A program made the translations under genes and the position numbers. A DNA stretch of 64,000 nucleotides from the NCBI GenBank assembly GCA_963718525.1, contig OY970355.1:736001-800000 (forward strand), given 5' to 3'. The notes beneath the pieces were generated by a model that saw only the letters and a list, made by a program, of their open reading frames with translations, was not told the origin of the DNA and did no database searches. Shown here piece after piece: positions 30,386 to 39,964 of the stretch. The DNA comes from Candidatus Dormiibacterota bacterium (GTDB lineage: Bacteria > Chloroflexota > Dormibacteria > Aeolococcales > Aeolococcaceae). Each line of letters opens with the position of its first letter. Positions within the stretch are counted from its first letter, which is position 1.

Positions 30386-30885
30386 TCCGCCAGAAGCCGC
30401 TCGAGCTTGTCGAGTTGCTCGGACCAGCCCTGCTCGGCACCGGCCATCGCCTCGGCAGGCGGCATCGGCTCGAAGTAGGACTGTCGCACCGTGAGCGCGG
30501 TCCCCCCGTCGCGGGCCTCAAAGGTCACCTCGATGAGCGTTGCGAAGAGCTCGCCCTGCTCGTCGTTGACGGCCCGGCCGCTCATCACGAGACGATTCGG
30601 ACGATCGATCTCGTAATACTCACCACCCATGTAGTGGGAGAACTGGGCCTCCGTAGGGATGAAGTCCGGCCACTCCATGCCGAGCCGGTAGGCCCCGCCG
30701 ACGCGAAGGTCCACCTCTGCGGCGGGGCAGGTGAAGCCGTTGGGCCACCACCATTGCTTGAGTTGCTCCGGGTCTGTGAAGGCGTCGAAGACGCGCTCCG
30801 GCGAGGCCTTCAGGGTGCGCTCGATGACGAGCTGCTTGGTCGGAGTCGCGGATTGGACGTCCACTCGGGTACGGGTCTCAGGCAT
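30382..30885 (-). CDS. SRPBCC (AHSA1) domain protein
   Basis: ERVFDAFTDPE..DLRVGGAY..GWSEQLDKL. Confidence 0.9.
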   Translation of the reverse strand: MPETRTRVDVQSATPTKQLVIERTLKASPERVFDAFTDPEQLKQWWWPNGFTCPAAEVDLRVGGAYRLGMEWPDFIPTEAQFSHYMGGEYYEIDRPNRLVMSGRAVNDEQGELFATLIEVTFEARDGGTALTVRQSYFEPMPPAEAMAGAEQGWSEQLDKLERLLAE

Positions 30886-31234
30886 CGGGGCTCTCCTCCG
30901 TAATGGTTGATTCGGTTTGGGCGGCAAGATGGGCATCGAGACGGTCGAGGCGGTCGGACCATTCGGCGTGGGCGCTGCGGAGCCAGTCGTCCACGGGAAG
31001 GAGGCCCTCGAGCTGAAGGCGCGCGGGGCGGCGCTGACCGTCGCGGCCCCGGCCGATGAGGCCGGCCTGCTCCAGCACCTTGAGATGCTTGGTGATGGCG
31101 GGCTGTGTCAGCGTGGAGGACGCCGCGAGTTCGACGACCCCGGCCTCGCCAGCCGCGAGGCGCTCGAGGATGGCCCGGCGGGTGGGGTCCGCAAGGGCGG
31201 CGAAGGCGCGGCTCAGGGGATCGTGTGTAGCCAT
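30878..31234 (-). CDS. ArsR/SmtB family transcriptional regulator
   Basis: FAALADPTRRAIL..TQPAITKHLKVLEQAGLI. Confidence 0.92.
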   Translation of the reverse strand: MATHDPLSRAFAALADPTRRAILERLAAGEAGVVELAASSTLTQPAITKHLKVLEQAGLIGRGRDGQRRPARLQLEGLLPVDDWLRSAHAEWSDRLDRLDAHLAAQTESTITEESPDA

Positions 31235-31240
31235 TACCGC

Positions 31241-31270
31241 TAGGTTATATAACTAGACGGTAAAAGTCAA
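31241..31270 (-). promoter_or_regulatory. Promoter and palindromic operator of the arsR-SRPBCC-hydrolase operon
   Basis: Minus strand TTGACT-17 bp-TAACCT, overlapped by the palindrome GTTATATAAC (31244-31253). Confidence 0.65.
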
Positions 31271-31374
31271 CCAGGTATCGCTACGGCCTGCCGGCGCCTG
31301 GAGCCGGCGCGCCACGGACTCCTGGTCACTCATGAGTCCGCGCGTCGACCGTCCTCACCCATCATCCTTGGCAC

Positions 31375-32104
31375 GTGGAACCGCGGCATTCTCAGGCCCC
31401 TCCCGCGGCGGACGCCACGGACGCCGAGTTTCCGGGATTCACCGCGTGGGTCTTCGAGTGGTTCGCCGGGCTCGAGTTGGACAACTCACGCGCATATTTC
31501 ACTGCCACACGCGAGCGATATGAGACCGAGGTTCGGGGCGCTCTCACCGAGATGCTGCAGGAGCTTGAGTGGCACGTTCGGTGGAGCGGTTCGCGTGTTC
31601 CGTCAGCAGAACGACATGCGATTCGCTCCCGCGTCGCCATACAAGACACGAACCTACGGGGTCCTGGAATTCACATCGCCTGCAAGGGCGCGGCTCTACG
31701 CCGATGTGTCGGCGCGTGGCCTCTACTCGGGGACGGGGTATCACCGGCTGACGTCCGACCAGCTGGCCCGATACCGCGCCGCGGTCGTCGATGATCAAAT
31801 CGGTGCGCGCCTGTTCGAAGCGCAGGCCATGGTTCTGGATGCCGGCCTCGAGTTAATTGGCGACGACCTCAGTTCGGTGCCTCGCGGATACCCACGCGAT
31901 CACCGCCGGGCAACGCTCCTGAAACACAGGTCGCTGCTGGCTGGGCGTCTGCTGTCCGGAGGGGCCGGCGTTGGCCGCAGGGACGCGCTCGACCACGTCG
32001 CCGGAAGCTGGCGCGCTGCTACCCCGCTCACCAGCTGGCTGGATGAGCACGTCGGTCCCAGCACGCTGTCACCGCGCGAGCGCTGGCCGCGTCGACCGGG
32101 CTAG
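31375..32104 (+). pseudogene. DUF2461 family protein, split by a +1 frameshift near 31565
   Basis: FAGLELDNSRAYF..RERYE in one frame, VFRQQNDMRFA..SPYKT..VPRGYPRDH in the next. Confidence 0.75.
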
Positions 32105-32658
32105 CGCGCCTGAGCTGCAACTTGCGCCGCAGGACACCACTCGGAATCGCGGCCGCAGGCGACGAAATCACAGGTCCTGCACAAGGCGCCGCCGGTAGGT
32201 GCGACTCCGGCCGCCCGCTGCTCGAGACGTTGCCTGGTGAGCGCGCCGACGAGACGTTCACAGAGCTCGGTCAGATGGGCACGCTCGGTCGTGGAGAACG
32301 ATTCGAGAGTTTGGGCAATGGCGCGTTCGCGCGCTCGTCGAACTCTTCTCGCCAGTGTCGCTCCGCGGGTCGTGAGCGTGATCTCGCGCGACCGGCCATC
32401 CTGACCCTGTCCGCGAACGACGTACCCGGCCAGGACGAGACGATCGACGAGACGAACGGCGCCCGAGTGGGTCAGACCAACGACTTCGCTGAGGGTTTGA
32501 ACGGATCCCCTTGGTGAGAACTCGAGCAACGCGACCAGTGCGGACGCGGAGACGGCGTCCGTCTGCGCGGCGTCACACATCGCATCGTGCATTCCATCGC
32601 TGACCCCCGTGGCAAGAGCTCCAAGAAGGTTCGCGAGCCGCGCGTCTGAAGCAATCAC
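32101..32658 (-). CDS. MarR family regulator with C-terminal Cys cluster
   Basis: GLTHSGAVRLVDRL..DGRSREITLT..G; CRTCD...C....CP tail. Confidence 0.85.
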   Translation of the reverse strand: MIASDARLANLLGALATGVSDGMHDAMCDAAQTDAVSASALVALLEFSPRGSVQTLSEVVGLTHSGAVRLVDRLVLAGYVVRGQGQDGRSREITLTTRGATLARRVRRARERAIAQTLESFSTTERAHLTELCERLVGALTRQRLEQRAAGVAPTGGALCRTCDFVACGRDSEWCPAAQVAAQAR

Positions 32659-32686
32659 GAGGCGATATCCGCTGGTACCGTCATTA

Positions 32687-32701
32687 TATGATCCGATCAT
32701 A
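32687..32701. promoter_or_regulatory. Palindromic operator between divergent marR and SRPBCC genes
   Basis: TATGATC-C-GATCATA perfect inverted repeat. Confidence 0.6.
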
Positions 32702-32742
32702 CATCCGACAGGCAACCAAGCCCAGGACGGAGGAACGTCACG

Positions 32743-33180
32743 ATGACCGGGACATTCATCGCCGAGAAGCAGGTGACCATACAGGCTCCGGTGGCCGCCG
32801 TCTGGCGCGCGCTGACCGAACCGGAGTTGGTCAAGCAGTACATGTACGGAACCAATATGCAGACGACATGGGAGGTCGGCAGCCCGATCACCTGGAAGGG
32901 CGAATGGCAGGGCACGACGTACGAAGACAAGGGCTCTGTCCTGGCCTTCGTACCGATGGCGTTACTGCGGACGACGCATTGGAGTCCCATGGGAGGCAGC
33001 GACGACAAGCCCGAGAACTATCACACGGTGACCTACGAGCTGGCGGACCATGGTGATAAGACGACCGTGACGCTCAAGCAGGACAACAACGCAAGCCAGG
33101 AAGAGGCTGATGCGATGGCGGAGAAGAACTGGGGCCCAGTTCTCGACGGCCTCAAAGCGGTCGCCGAAAAGGAAGGCTAG
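32743..33180 (+). CDS. SRPBCC domain protein
   Basis: VWRALTEPE..W.VGSPI.W.GEW..NWGPVLDGLK. Confidence 0.9.
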   Translation: MTGTFIAEKQVTIQAPVAAVWRALTEPELVKQYMYGTNMQTTWEVGSPITWKGEWQGTTYEDKGSVLAFVPMALLRTTHWSPMGGSDDKPENYHTVTYELADHGDKTTVTLKQDNNASQEEADAMAEKNWGPVLDGLKAVAEKEG

Positions 33181-33974
33181 CGCTGCGGCGGTCGCTGGTC
33201 GTCCCCTTGGGCCGCCTGGGTCGCGCTGGGGTCACCACCCCGGCCGCGAAGCAACACCGCGAAGAACACCGCAATGAGCGCGCCGGCCAGCGGACCGACG
33301 ATGTACACCCACGTGTGCGAAAGGTCTCCTCGGATGAGGTCGGGGGCGAATGACCGCACCGGATTCATTGACGCGCCGCTCAGCGGGCTTGACCAGAGTC
33401 CGGCGAGCGCAATGTACGCGCCCACCGCCACGGCTGAGAGACCGCCGACGTTCTGCGCACTTGACGCCGTGCCGAGAATGACGCTGACCAAGCCCATGGT
33501 GAGGACCGCCTCGACGACCATCGCCCGAACATCGCCGAGTGCGGGGGAGGGAATGGTTGCGCCGTGCGTGGTCGGGCGACCGACGATCGCCCACAGGAAG
33601 AGGCATGCAAGCACGCCTCCCGCAACTTGCGCGACGACATAGCCCGGCACGCGTCGCCAGGGGAACTCCCGACGGAGCGCAAACGCCAGGCTCACGACCG
33701 GGTTGAGGTGAGCGCCGCCAACTTTGCCCATGAACAGGATGACCGCCATGACCGTGAGCCCCGGCGCGGTGACTGCCGCCGCTCGAGAGATCGGGACGCC
33801 GGTGGCGGACTCAGTCACGCCGGCCCCAACGGCGGCGAGGACCAGGAGGAAGGTTCCGAGCAGCTCCGAGAACAGCCGGCGCCACTCCCTCGCCGGGTCA
33901 GCGAACTCTCGGACCCATCGTCCGTCGTCACGGCCTCCGGGGTCGATGCGATACGGAGCCCGTTGTACGCCCAC
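33177..33974 (-). CDS. Aquaporin (MIP family)
   Basis: ELLGTFLL, GAHLNPVVS, SGASMNPVRS and WVYIVGP; six TM helices. Confidence 0.93.
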   Translation of the reverse strand: MGVQRAPYRIDPGGRDDGRWVREFADPAREWRRLFSELLGTFLLVLAAVGAGVTESATGVPISRAAAVTAPGLTVMAVILFMGKVGGAHLNPVVSLAFALRREFPWRRVPGYVVAQVAGGVLACLFLWAIVGRPTTHGATIPSPALGDVRAMVVEAVLTMGLVSVILGTASSAQNVGGLSAVAVGAYIALAGLWSSPLSGASMNPVRSFAPDLIRGDLSHTWVYIVGPLAGALIAVFFAVLLRGRGGDPSATQAAQGDDQRPPQR

Positions 33975-34089
33975 AGGCTTGATTTTAAGCTCTCGGTTCG
34001 CTAGCGTACCAAGCGACGAACTCCTGATAAATCTGCGACCGGCTCAGGGGCTGAACCCGCGTAGAACAAGTTTGTGAGGAGGATCTCGG

Positions 34090-34485
34090 GTGGAGGAGAT
34101 TGTGAAGGTCCTCGTTATCGAGGACGACGCCGAGGCTGCGGAAATGTACCGCCTGCGACTGGCCGGAGACGGCTACGACGTGGTCGTCGGGAGCGATGGG
34201 GAAGAGGGGTTGCGGCTGGCGGTCGCCGAGCTACCCGACTTCATCTATCTCGACCTGCGACTGCCGAAACTCGACGGCTTCGAAGTGCTCGAGCGCCTGC
34301 GCGCCATGCCTGCGACGGCGCAGATCCCCGTCATCATCCTGAGCAACTACGGCGACCGGGAGTTGCAGCAGCGGGGATTGCAGCTGGGAGCGCTCGAGTT
34401 CCTGGTCAAGGCCGACGTGACGCCGCGCGAGCTCACCGACAAGGTCGAGCAGACGACGGGGGCATTGCCGACCGCGCTCGCCTGA
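34090..34485 (+). CDS. Single-domain response regulator
   Basis: VLVIEDD..YLDLRLP.LDG..IILS..FLVK receiver motifs. Confidence 0.9.
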   Translation: MEEIVKVLVIEDDAEAAEMYRLRLAGDGYDVVVGSDGEEGLRLAVAELPDFIYLDLRLPKLDGFEVLERLRAMPATAQIPVIILSNYGDRELQQRGLQLGALEFLVKADVTPRELTDKVEQTTGALPTALA

Positions 34486-34531
34486 AACGTCGGCGTGACG
34501 ATTCGGACGCCATGTCTCATAGCAGCGTCGC

Positions 34532-34984
34532 CTAGGACGATGCGGGCGCGGCCTGATCGGCCAACTCCGCGGCGCGCCGGGCCATCTCCTCGTCCGAGAC
34601 GTCCTCGACGTGCGTGGCGAAGTACCACTGGTTCCCAAACGCATCCTGCACACCGGACATCCGGTCACCATAGAACTCGGTCGTCGGCTCGCGCAGTGAA
34701 GTGGCGCCAGCGGCCATTGCACGCGCGTACGTGGCGTCCGAATCGGTGACATACACGTGCAGCATCGCTTTGGTCGCGGCATCCGGCGATGGAGGATCGG
34801 CGAGCATCACCACGGAGTCGCCCACGCGCGTCTCTGCGTGACCGAGCCGGCCGTCGGGTCCGGGGAGACGCATGATCTCGGTGCCTCCGAGCACATCGAC
34901 GATGAAAGCGATCAGACGTTCGGCGCCGTCGACGACGAGATACGGCACAACGTTCTGGTAGCCGGATGGCTTGTACTCGGGCAT
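34532..34984 (-). CDS. VOC family protein (PhnB-like)
   Basis: VPYLVV..HAETRVGDS.VML..FYGDR...VQDAFGNQW. Confidence 0.9.
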   Translation of the reverse strand: MPEYKPSGYQNVVPYLVVDGAERLIAFIVDVLGGTEIMRLPGPDGRLGHAETRVGDSVVMLADPPSPDAATKAMLHVYVTDSDATYARAMAAGATSLREPTTEFYGDRMSGVQDAFGNQWYFATHVEDVSDEEMARRAAELADQAAPASS

Positions 34985-35069
34985 GACTTGCTCCCCTGAG
35001 AACCGACGCCTGAAATTCTATCCGGGAGATCCATTTGGATGACCATAAAATCGTGCGGTTCTGTAACCG

Positions 35070-37445
35070 ATGGACCACCAAGTGTGGGAGGCAATGTTCG
35101 GTTGTGGACCTAACCTTCTGTGCGTGGCTGCTGCTTATCCACGACTTCGCGCCGCCACCGTTGCCCTCGCGGCTCATTCAGCTCCGCGGTGGGTGCGCGG
35201 CGCGTATGCGACCCTGGGGGTCCTGCTCCTCGCGTACTTTGTCTCGCTGATCGTCCGCGCACCGACCCAATCCAATACGCTCGTCGACGGGTGGGGCATT
35301 GCGGCCTTCGAACTCGCTGCCAGCGCCCTCTGCATCTGGCGAGCGGTGTCGACGCGCCGGCGGACGATTCCGCTCATGCTTGGCCTTGGGATCCTCTCGT
35401 GGAGCCTTGGCGACACCATTCTGACGGCTGAAGCGGCGGGAGGTGGAACGCCCCCGGTGCCATCACTTGCTGACGTGTTCTGGCTGGGTTTCTACCCGCT
35501 CGTGTACGTGGCGCTCGTACTCCTGACACGCAAGCATCTCAACCGCGTCGGAGCGGCGACATGGCTCGACGGGGCCGTGGCCGGCCTCGGCGCTGCAGCG
35601 CTGTGCGCCTGCTTTGCCTTCAACACCATCCTGAGCTCCGTTGGTGGTAACGCAACGACGGTTGCGACGGATCTCGCCTATCCGATCGGCGATGGCCTGC
35701 TGCTCATCCTCGCGGTCGGGGGCACTGCAATCATTCCCGGTCGAAAGCCGCAGTGGCTCCTGCTTGCGTCCGCCATCGGCGTGACTGCAATCGGCGACAC
35801 GTTCAATCTTTTCGCAAGCTCAGGGACGACGTCGCATCTCGGCGCGATCTTCAACGGGATCGCCTGGCCGATCGCGATTCTGCTGATCTCGGTGGCGGTC
35901 TGGGTCCGTCCCCTCGTGGCCAGCCCGCTGGCGCCGTCTGCGAGCGCCGGGTTTCTCCTTCCCGGCCTTGGCGCATGCGCCGGTCTCTCGATCCTGTTGG
36001 TCGACACGTTTCACCAGGTGAGCCCGGTCGCAATCGCGCTTGCCACGGCGACTCTGATCACGGTCGGCGTTCGATTGGCACTTTCGGTGCGCCGACTTCG
36101 ATTCCTCACCGAAATGCGTCACCGCCAGGCGATCACGGATCAATTGACCGGTCTCGGAAACCGCAGACAGCTGTTCAACCTGCTGGACGCGTTCTTCGCC
36201 GATCAGGCCGACACGGAGACCGTCGAGCGCCATCTTTCGCTGCTCTATGTCGACCTCGATCATTTCAAAGAGATCAACGACTCGTTCGGTCATGCTGCCG
36301 GCGATGACGTGCTCCGACAGTTGGGGCCACGTTTGACCAGCCGCCTTCGCGCCACGGACTTCCTTGTCCGCGTCGGAGGAGATGAGCTCGCCGTCCTCAT
36401 CATGGATACGGACTCGGACTACGCGGTGGCCGTCGCCCAGCGACTCGTCGCCGAGCTCGAGCAGCCCTTTGAGCTCGACAAGCTCAGCGTCAGGGTGGGC
36501 GCCAGCATCGGCATCGCCAGTGCGCCAACCGATGCCAACGACAGCGTCTCGCTCCTGCGATGCGCGGATCTTGCGATGTACCGCGCCAAGGTCGGCAGGT
36601 CACCGTACGAGACCTACCGGCGCGACGTCGATGATGAGGGCAACCGGTTGCGGCTTGTCGACGAGTTGCGACATGCCATACAAACTCATGAGCTCGAGGT
36701 GTATTACCAGCCCCAGATCGACCTGATCACGGGAAAGATGTCTGCGATGGAGGCGTTGGTCCGCTGGCCGCACCCGCGCGTTGGGATGATCCCTCCACTC
36801 GACTTCCTGCCGCTCGCCGAGGAAGCCGGTCTGATGCAGTCCCTGACCGCGCTGGTCCTCAACCAGGCAGTGCGGCAATGCGCGGCATGGCGAACTGCCG
36901 GTCGGGATCTCACCATCTCAGTCAATGTTTCGGCGAGCAACCTCCTCGATTCCGGGTTCAGCGAATCGGTCATGGCGACGCTGGCGGCCCATGACGTTTC
37001 CCCGTCATCGTTGATTCTCGAGATCACCGAGACCACCATCATCAGGGACTTCGATCTCTGCAAGGCCGTCATTGAACAACTCCGCGGCCTCGGACTCGGT
37101 GTGTCGATCGATGACTTTGGCGCCGGGGTGACCTCGCTGGCCTATCTGGGAAGCCTCGCCGTCAGCGAGCTCAAGCTCGACCGCAGCTTTCTGACTCGCC
37201 TCGCGACCGGCGACACGGAGAGAAATCTCGCGCTGGTCAGAGCAACGATTGCACTGGGCCACAAGCTGAACATGCGTGTCGTCGCCGAGGGCATTGAAGA
37301 CGTGGATGCGCTGAATCTCCTTGCCGCAATTGGCTGCGACATGGCCCAGGGCTACTACATCAGCCATCCGATGCCGGCGCGAGAGCTTGGTCCCTCGGGG
37401 TCGATGTACAGCAATATCGCCGAGTCCGACAACGCTGTTGCGTGA
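35070..37445 (+). CDS. Membrane-anchored GGDEF-EAL protein
   Basis: Multiple TM helices, TDQLTGLGN, RVGGDEL, YYQPQ..EALVRW, IDDFGAG, LKLDRSF and VAEGIE. Confidence 0.92.
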   Translation: MDHQVWEAMFGCGPNLLCVAAAYPRLRAATVALAAHSAPRWVRGAYATLGVLLLAYFVSLIVRAPTQSNTLVDGWGIAAFELAASALCIWRAVSTRRRTIPLMLGLGILSWSLGDTILTAEAAGGGTPPVPSLADVFWLGFYPLVYVALVLLTRKHLNRVGAATWLDGAVAGLGAAALCACFAFNTILSSVGGNATTVATDLAYPIGDGLLLILAVGGTAIIPGRKPQWLLLASAIGVTAIGDTFNLFASSGTTSHLGAIFNGIAWPIAILLISVAVWVRPLVASPLAPSASAGFLLPGLGACAGLSILLVDTFHQVSPVAIALATATLITVGVRLALSVRRLRFLTEMRHRQAITDQLTGLGNRRQLFNLLDAFFADQADTETVERHLSLLYVDLDHFKEINDSFGHAAGDDVLRQLGPRLTSRLRATDFLVRVGGDELAVLIMDTDSDYAVAVAQRLVAELEQPFELDKLSVRVGASIGIASAPTDANDSVSLLRCADLAMYRAKVGRSPYETYRRDVDDEGNRLRLVDELRHAIQTHELEVYYQPQIDLITGKMSAMEALVRWPHPRVGMIPPLDFLPLAEEAGLMQSLTALVLNQAVRQCAAWRTAGRDLTISVNVSASNLLDSGFSESVMATLAAHDVSPSSLILEITETTIIRDFDLCKAVIEQLRGLGLGVSIDDFGAGVTSLAYLGSLAVSELKLDRSFLTRLATGDTERNLALVRATIALGHKLNMRVVAEGIEDVDALNLLAAIGCDMAQGYYISHPMPARELGPSGSMYSNIAESDNAVA

Positions 37446-37561
37446 GGCGGTGCTGTTGGTGACACAGCACACCGCGCGGGCTGCGTTCGCTCATCACCAG
37501 ATCCCCGGGATCAGGCGTTTGGTGCGACTCTCATACGCGCGATAGGCGCAAGCCAAGCCGA

Positions 37562-37598
37562 GGGCCGCCTCCAGGGTTTGGAGGCGGCCCGATCTTTT
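37562..37598 (+). terminator. Intrinsic terminator hairpin
   Basis: GGGCCGCCTCCA-GGGTT-TGGAGGCGGCCC-GATCTTTT between convergent genes. Confidence 0.75.
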
Positions 37599-37639
37599 AC
37601 GAACGACATACCGTTGGATCAGTGACGGGGGGCCGAGCA

Positions 37640-37825
37640 TCAGGATCTGCTCAGGCCGCCCGCCACGAGACGCCGCTCGCGAACTCGACGCGCCGGGCGC
37701 CGGGTCACGAACCGCCAGAAGGTACGGATTCGGTCGATGTTCGGCACTGCGAACATCCCGATCGCGACAGCTGCGAAGGTGCCGGCTGCGAGGTCGATGT
37801 TGAGAAGGATTGCGTCCGTCGTCAT
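37640..37825 (-). CDS. Small single-TM hypothetical protein
   Basis: AAGGAG RBS, hydrophobic N-terminus, basic tail. Confidence 0.5.
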   Translation of the reverse strand: MTTDAILLNIDLAAGTFAAVAIGMFAVPNIDRIRTFWRFVTRRPARRVRERRLVAGGLSRS

Positions 37826-37929
37826 GTCAGAGTCTCCTTGTCAGTTGTGGTTGATTCGACACTGACGACGCTAACGACGTGACCTCCGAGCCTCCTTGGA
37901 CATTTCTGGGATTTCTCTCAGTCTTACGC

Positions 37930-38652
37930 TCACCGTCCGGTGGTTGCCGATACCCTTTGGTATTCGGTCGGATCTGTCACACGCGCCAGTGCGAATGCCT
38001 CACGGCGTTCGAAGCAGGTGCCGCACGTACCGCAGTGCGTCGCACCCCCCTTGTAGCACGACCAGGTTCGCTCGAATGGCACGTTCAACTCGCTGCCGAT
38101 TCTGACGATGTCAGTTTTGGTCATCGCCAGAAACGGCGTGATGATCTCGATGCTGGCGAGTCCCTCGACGGCCAGGTTGACCATCGACTCGAACGCATGC
38201 ACAAATTCCGGACGGCAGTCCGGGTAGATGAAGTGATCGCCGGTGTGCGCACCGAATGCGACCGCGCCGGCCTCGCGAGTCACCGCGAGTGCGCACGCGA
38301 TGCTGAGCATGATCGCGTTGCGATTTGGCACCACCGTGATCCTCATGCTCTCGTCGGCATAATGGCCGTCCGGGACCGTGACGTTCTCGTCTGTCAGCGC
38401 CGACCCGCTCAGAACATTCGTGAGTCCCGCCGCATGCAGATCGATGAGCGTCCACGGTGCGTCAAGGTCCGCCGCCATCCGCCGTGCGAACTCCAGCTCC
38501 TTGCGGTGTCGCTGGCCGTAGTCGAACGAGATCGCGTTGAGCGCATATCCCTGCGCCCGAAGCGAGTAGGCCATTGTTGTCGAGTCCAGGCCCCCGGACA
38601 CCACGGCGACCACGCGACGTTCGGCGATCACCGTGTTGCTGGAGTCCGGCAC
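37930..38652 (-). CDS. queC: 7-cyano-7-deazaguanine synthase
   Basis: SGGLDSTT, FDYGQRH, VPNRN, YPDCR and TWSCY..HCGTCGTC motifs. Confidence 0.95.
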   Translation of the reverse strand: MPDSSNTVIAERRVVAVVSGGLDSTTMAYSLRAQGYALNAISFDYGQRHRKELEFARRMAADLDAPWTLIDLHAAGLTNVLSGSALTDENVTVPDGHYADESMRITVVPNRNAIMLSIACALAVTREAGAVAFGAHTGDHFIYPDCRPEFVHAFESMVNLAVEGLASIEIITPFLAMTKTDIVRIGSELNVPFERTWSCYKGGATHCGTCGTCFERREAFALARVTDPTEYQRVSATTGR

Positions 38653-38774
38653 GATCGGCCGATTGTCTCCGATGCAACGCCGACGGGGCGCGGCCCGGCC
38701 CCCCGCATATTACAGTAGGACTATCATATAATCTGCTAATCTACCCAATGGATTGGATCTAGGAGGTCGAGGCT

Positions 38775-38852
38775 GTGTTGACAGTGATCCTGATCATCGT
38801 TCTCGTAGTGCTTCTCGTCGGCGGCGGCGGCTACTTCTGGCGCTCGCTGTGA
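38775..38852 (+). CDS. 25-aa membrane micropeptide
   Basis: AGGAGG RBS followed by MLTVILIIVLVVLLVGGGGYFWRSL*; below the ORF-track length cut-off. Confidence 0.65.
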   Translation: MLTVILIIVLVVLLVGGGGYFWRSL

Positions 38853-38874
38853 CGGGTCGTCAGGGCAGCCGCGC

Positions 38875-39345
38875 ATGAAGAGGCTGCTGCGCGGCGCAGT
38901 CGCCGGAGCCGTGGCGACCGCGCCGATGAGCGCCGTCATGGTGGGCGCAAAGAAGTTCGGGCTCATGGGCGGCATGCCGCCCGAGAAGATCACAGCGAAG
39001 ATCCTCAAGCGGACTGGTAACCGGCCGAGCTCTCAGCAGCAGGACGCTCTCGCCACCGTGTTCCACTTCGCATTCGGGACGGCTGCGGGAGCGGCCTTCG
39101 GTGTCGTCGCACCCAAGCGCCTGGTCGCTCGTGTGCCTCTGGGCGTGGCATACGGAACATCGATCTGGGGTATCAGCTATATGGGATGGGTGCCGGCGTT
39201 CGGCATCATGCCGCCGTCGCACCGGGATCGGCGTGATCGACAGGTGGTCATGTTCGCCGGCCACCTCATGTATGGGGCGGTCCTCGCCATTCTCGTCGGA
39301 AGGCCTGCGGACCAGAACGCATCAGAGGGTGACCGTCAGAGCTGA
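38875..39345 (+). CDS. Hypothetical membrane protein (DUF1440/DUF6789-like)
   Basis: GAVAGAVATAPMS..HFAFG..YGTSIW..Y.GWVP..HLMYG. Confidence 0.7.
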   Translation: MKRLLRGAVAGAVATAPMSAVMVGAKKFGLMGGMPPEKITAKILKRTGNRPSSQQQDALATVFHFAFGTAAGAAFGVVAPKRLVARVPLGVAYGTSIWGISYMGWVPAFGIMPPSHRDRRDRQVVMFAGHLMYGAVLAILVGRPADQNASEGDRQS

Positions 39346-39475
39346 CGCTCCGTCCCCAGCGCAAGCGTTGTTCTGCTTGAAAAGCGAAGCGGCGGTCGGG
39401 GTCAACCAGGCCGCTCATTCTCAGCCCGGGACCCCTTCCGCCGCTCACCAGCGGTTGATGTTCAGTACTCGAGCG

Positions 39476-39814
39476 TCAACGCTTCCCGCCGGCCATGAGC
39501 TGCCGCCAGCCCCGGACGTTGATCTCCACGCCATGGCGCTTTGCCGCCGCGCGAATCCTTCGCCATGCCCTGTCACGCTCCGCGTCAGACACGCCCTCGA
39601 CCTGATCGAACCGTGCGATGGCGTTGCGCACATGGGACGCATCGGTCAGCGGTTCCTTGCGCTCAGCGGGAAACGCGAAGCGCTCGGCACTGAGCGCGTT
39701 GCGATCACGCTCGCGCAGCTCATGGCCGCGCTTCGGTGCCGCTCCCTTGTGACTGGCACGCTGCGCGGCTTTCACATTGGTTCGTGCCGCCTCTTTCTGC
39801 CGTTGAGTGGCCAT
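39476..39814 (-). CDS. Small basic protein (DUF6582-like)
   Basis: FAFP.ERKEPLTDASHVRNAIARFDQV..AWRRIRAAAK motif. Confidence 0.75.
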   Translation of the reverse strand: MATQRQKEAARTNVKAAQRASHKGAAPKRGHELRERDRNALSAERFAFPAERKEPLTDASHVRNAIARFDQVEGVSDAERDRAWRRIRAAAKRHGVEINVRGWRQLMAGGKR

Positions 39815-39964
39815 CCGATGACCTCCAGATACTTATAACGAACCTATAACTAATAATGATGGCTGCGTACCCGATGTGGCAAGCGCGTGCCCAACCAATG
39901 ATTGCCGGCGGCGCAGGGATCGCCGGGGCGGCACCCGGCGGGCCCCGGCGATTCCGCCACGGCG

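Noticed and set aside
37930-38760. QatC/Dpd defence system or preQ1 riboswitch
   Set aside because: QueC is of canonical length and motifs, partner genes are absent, and no preQ1 consensus lies upstream.
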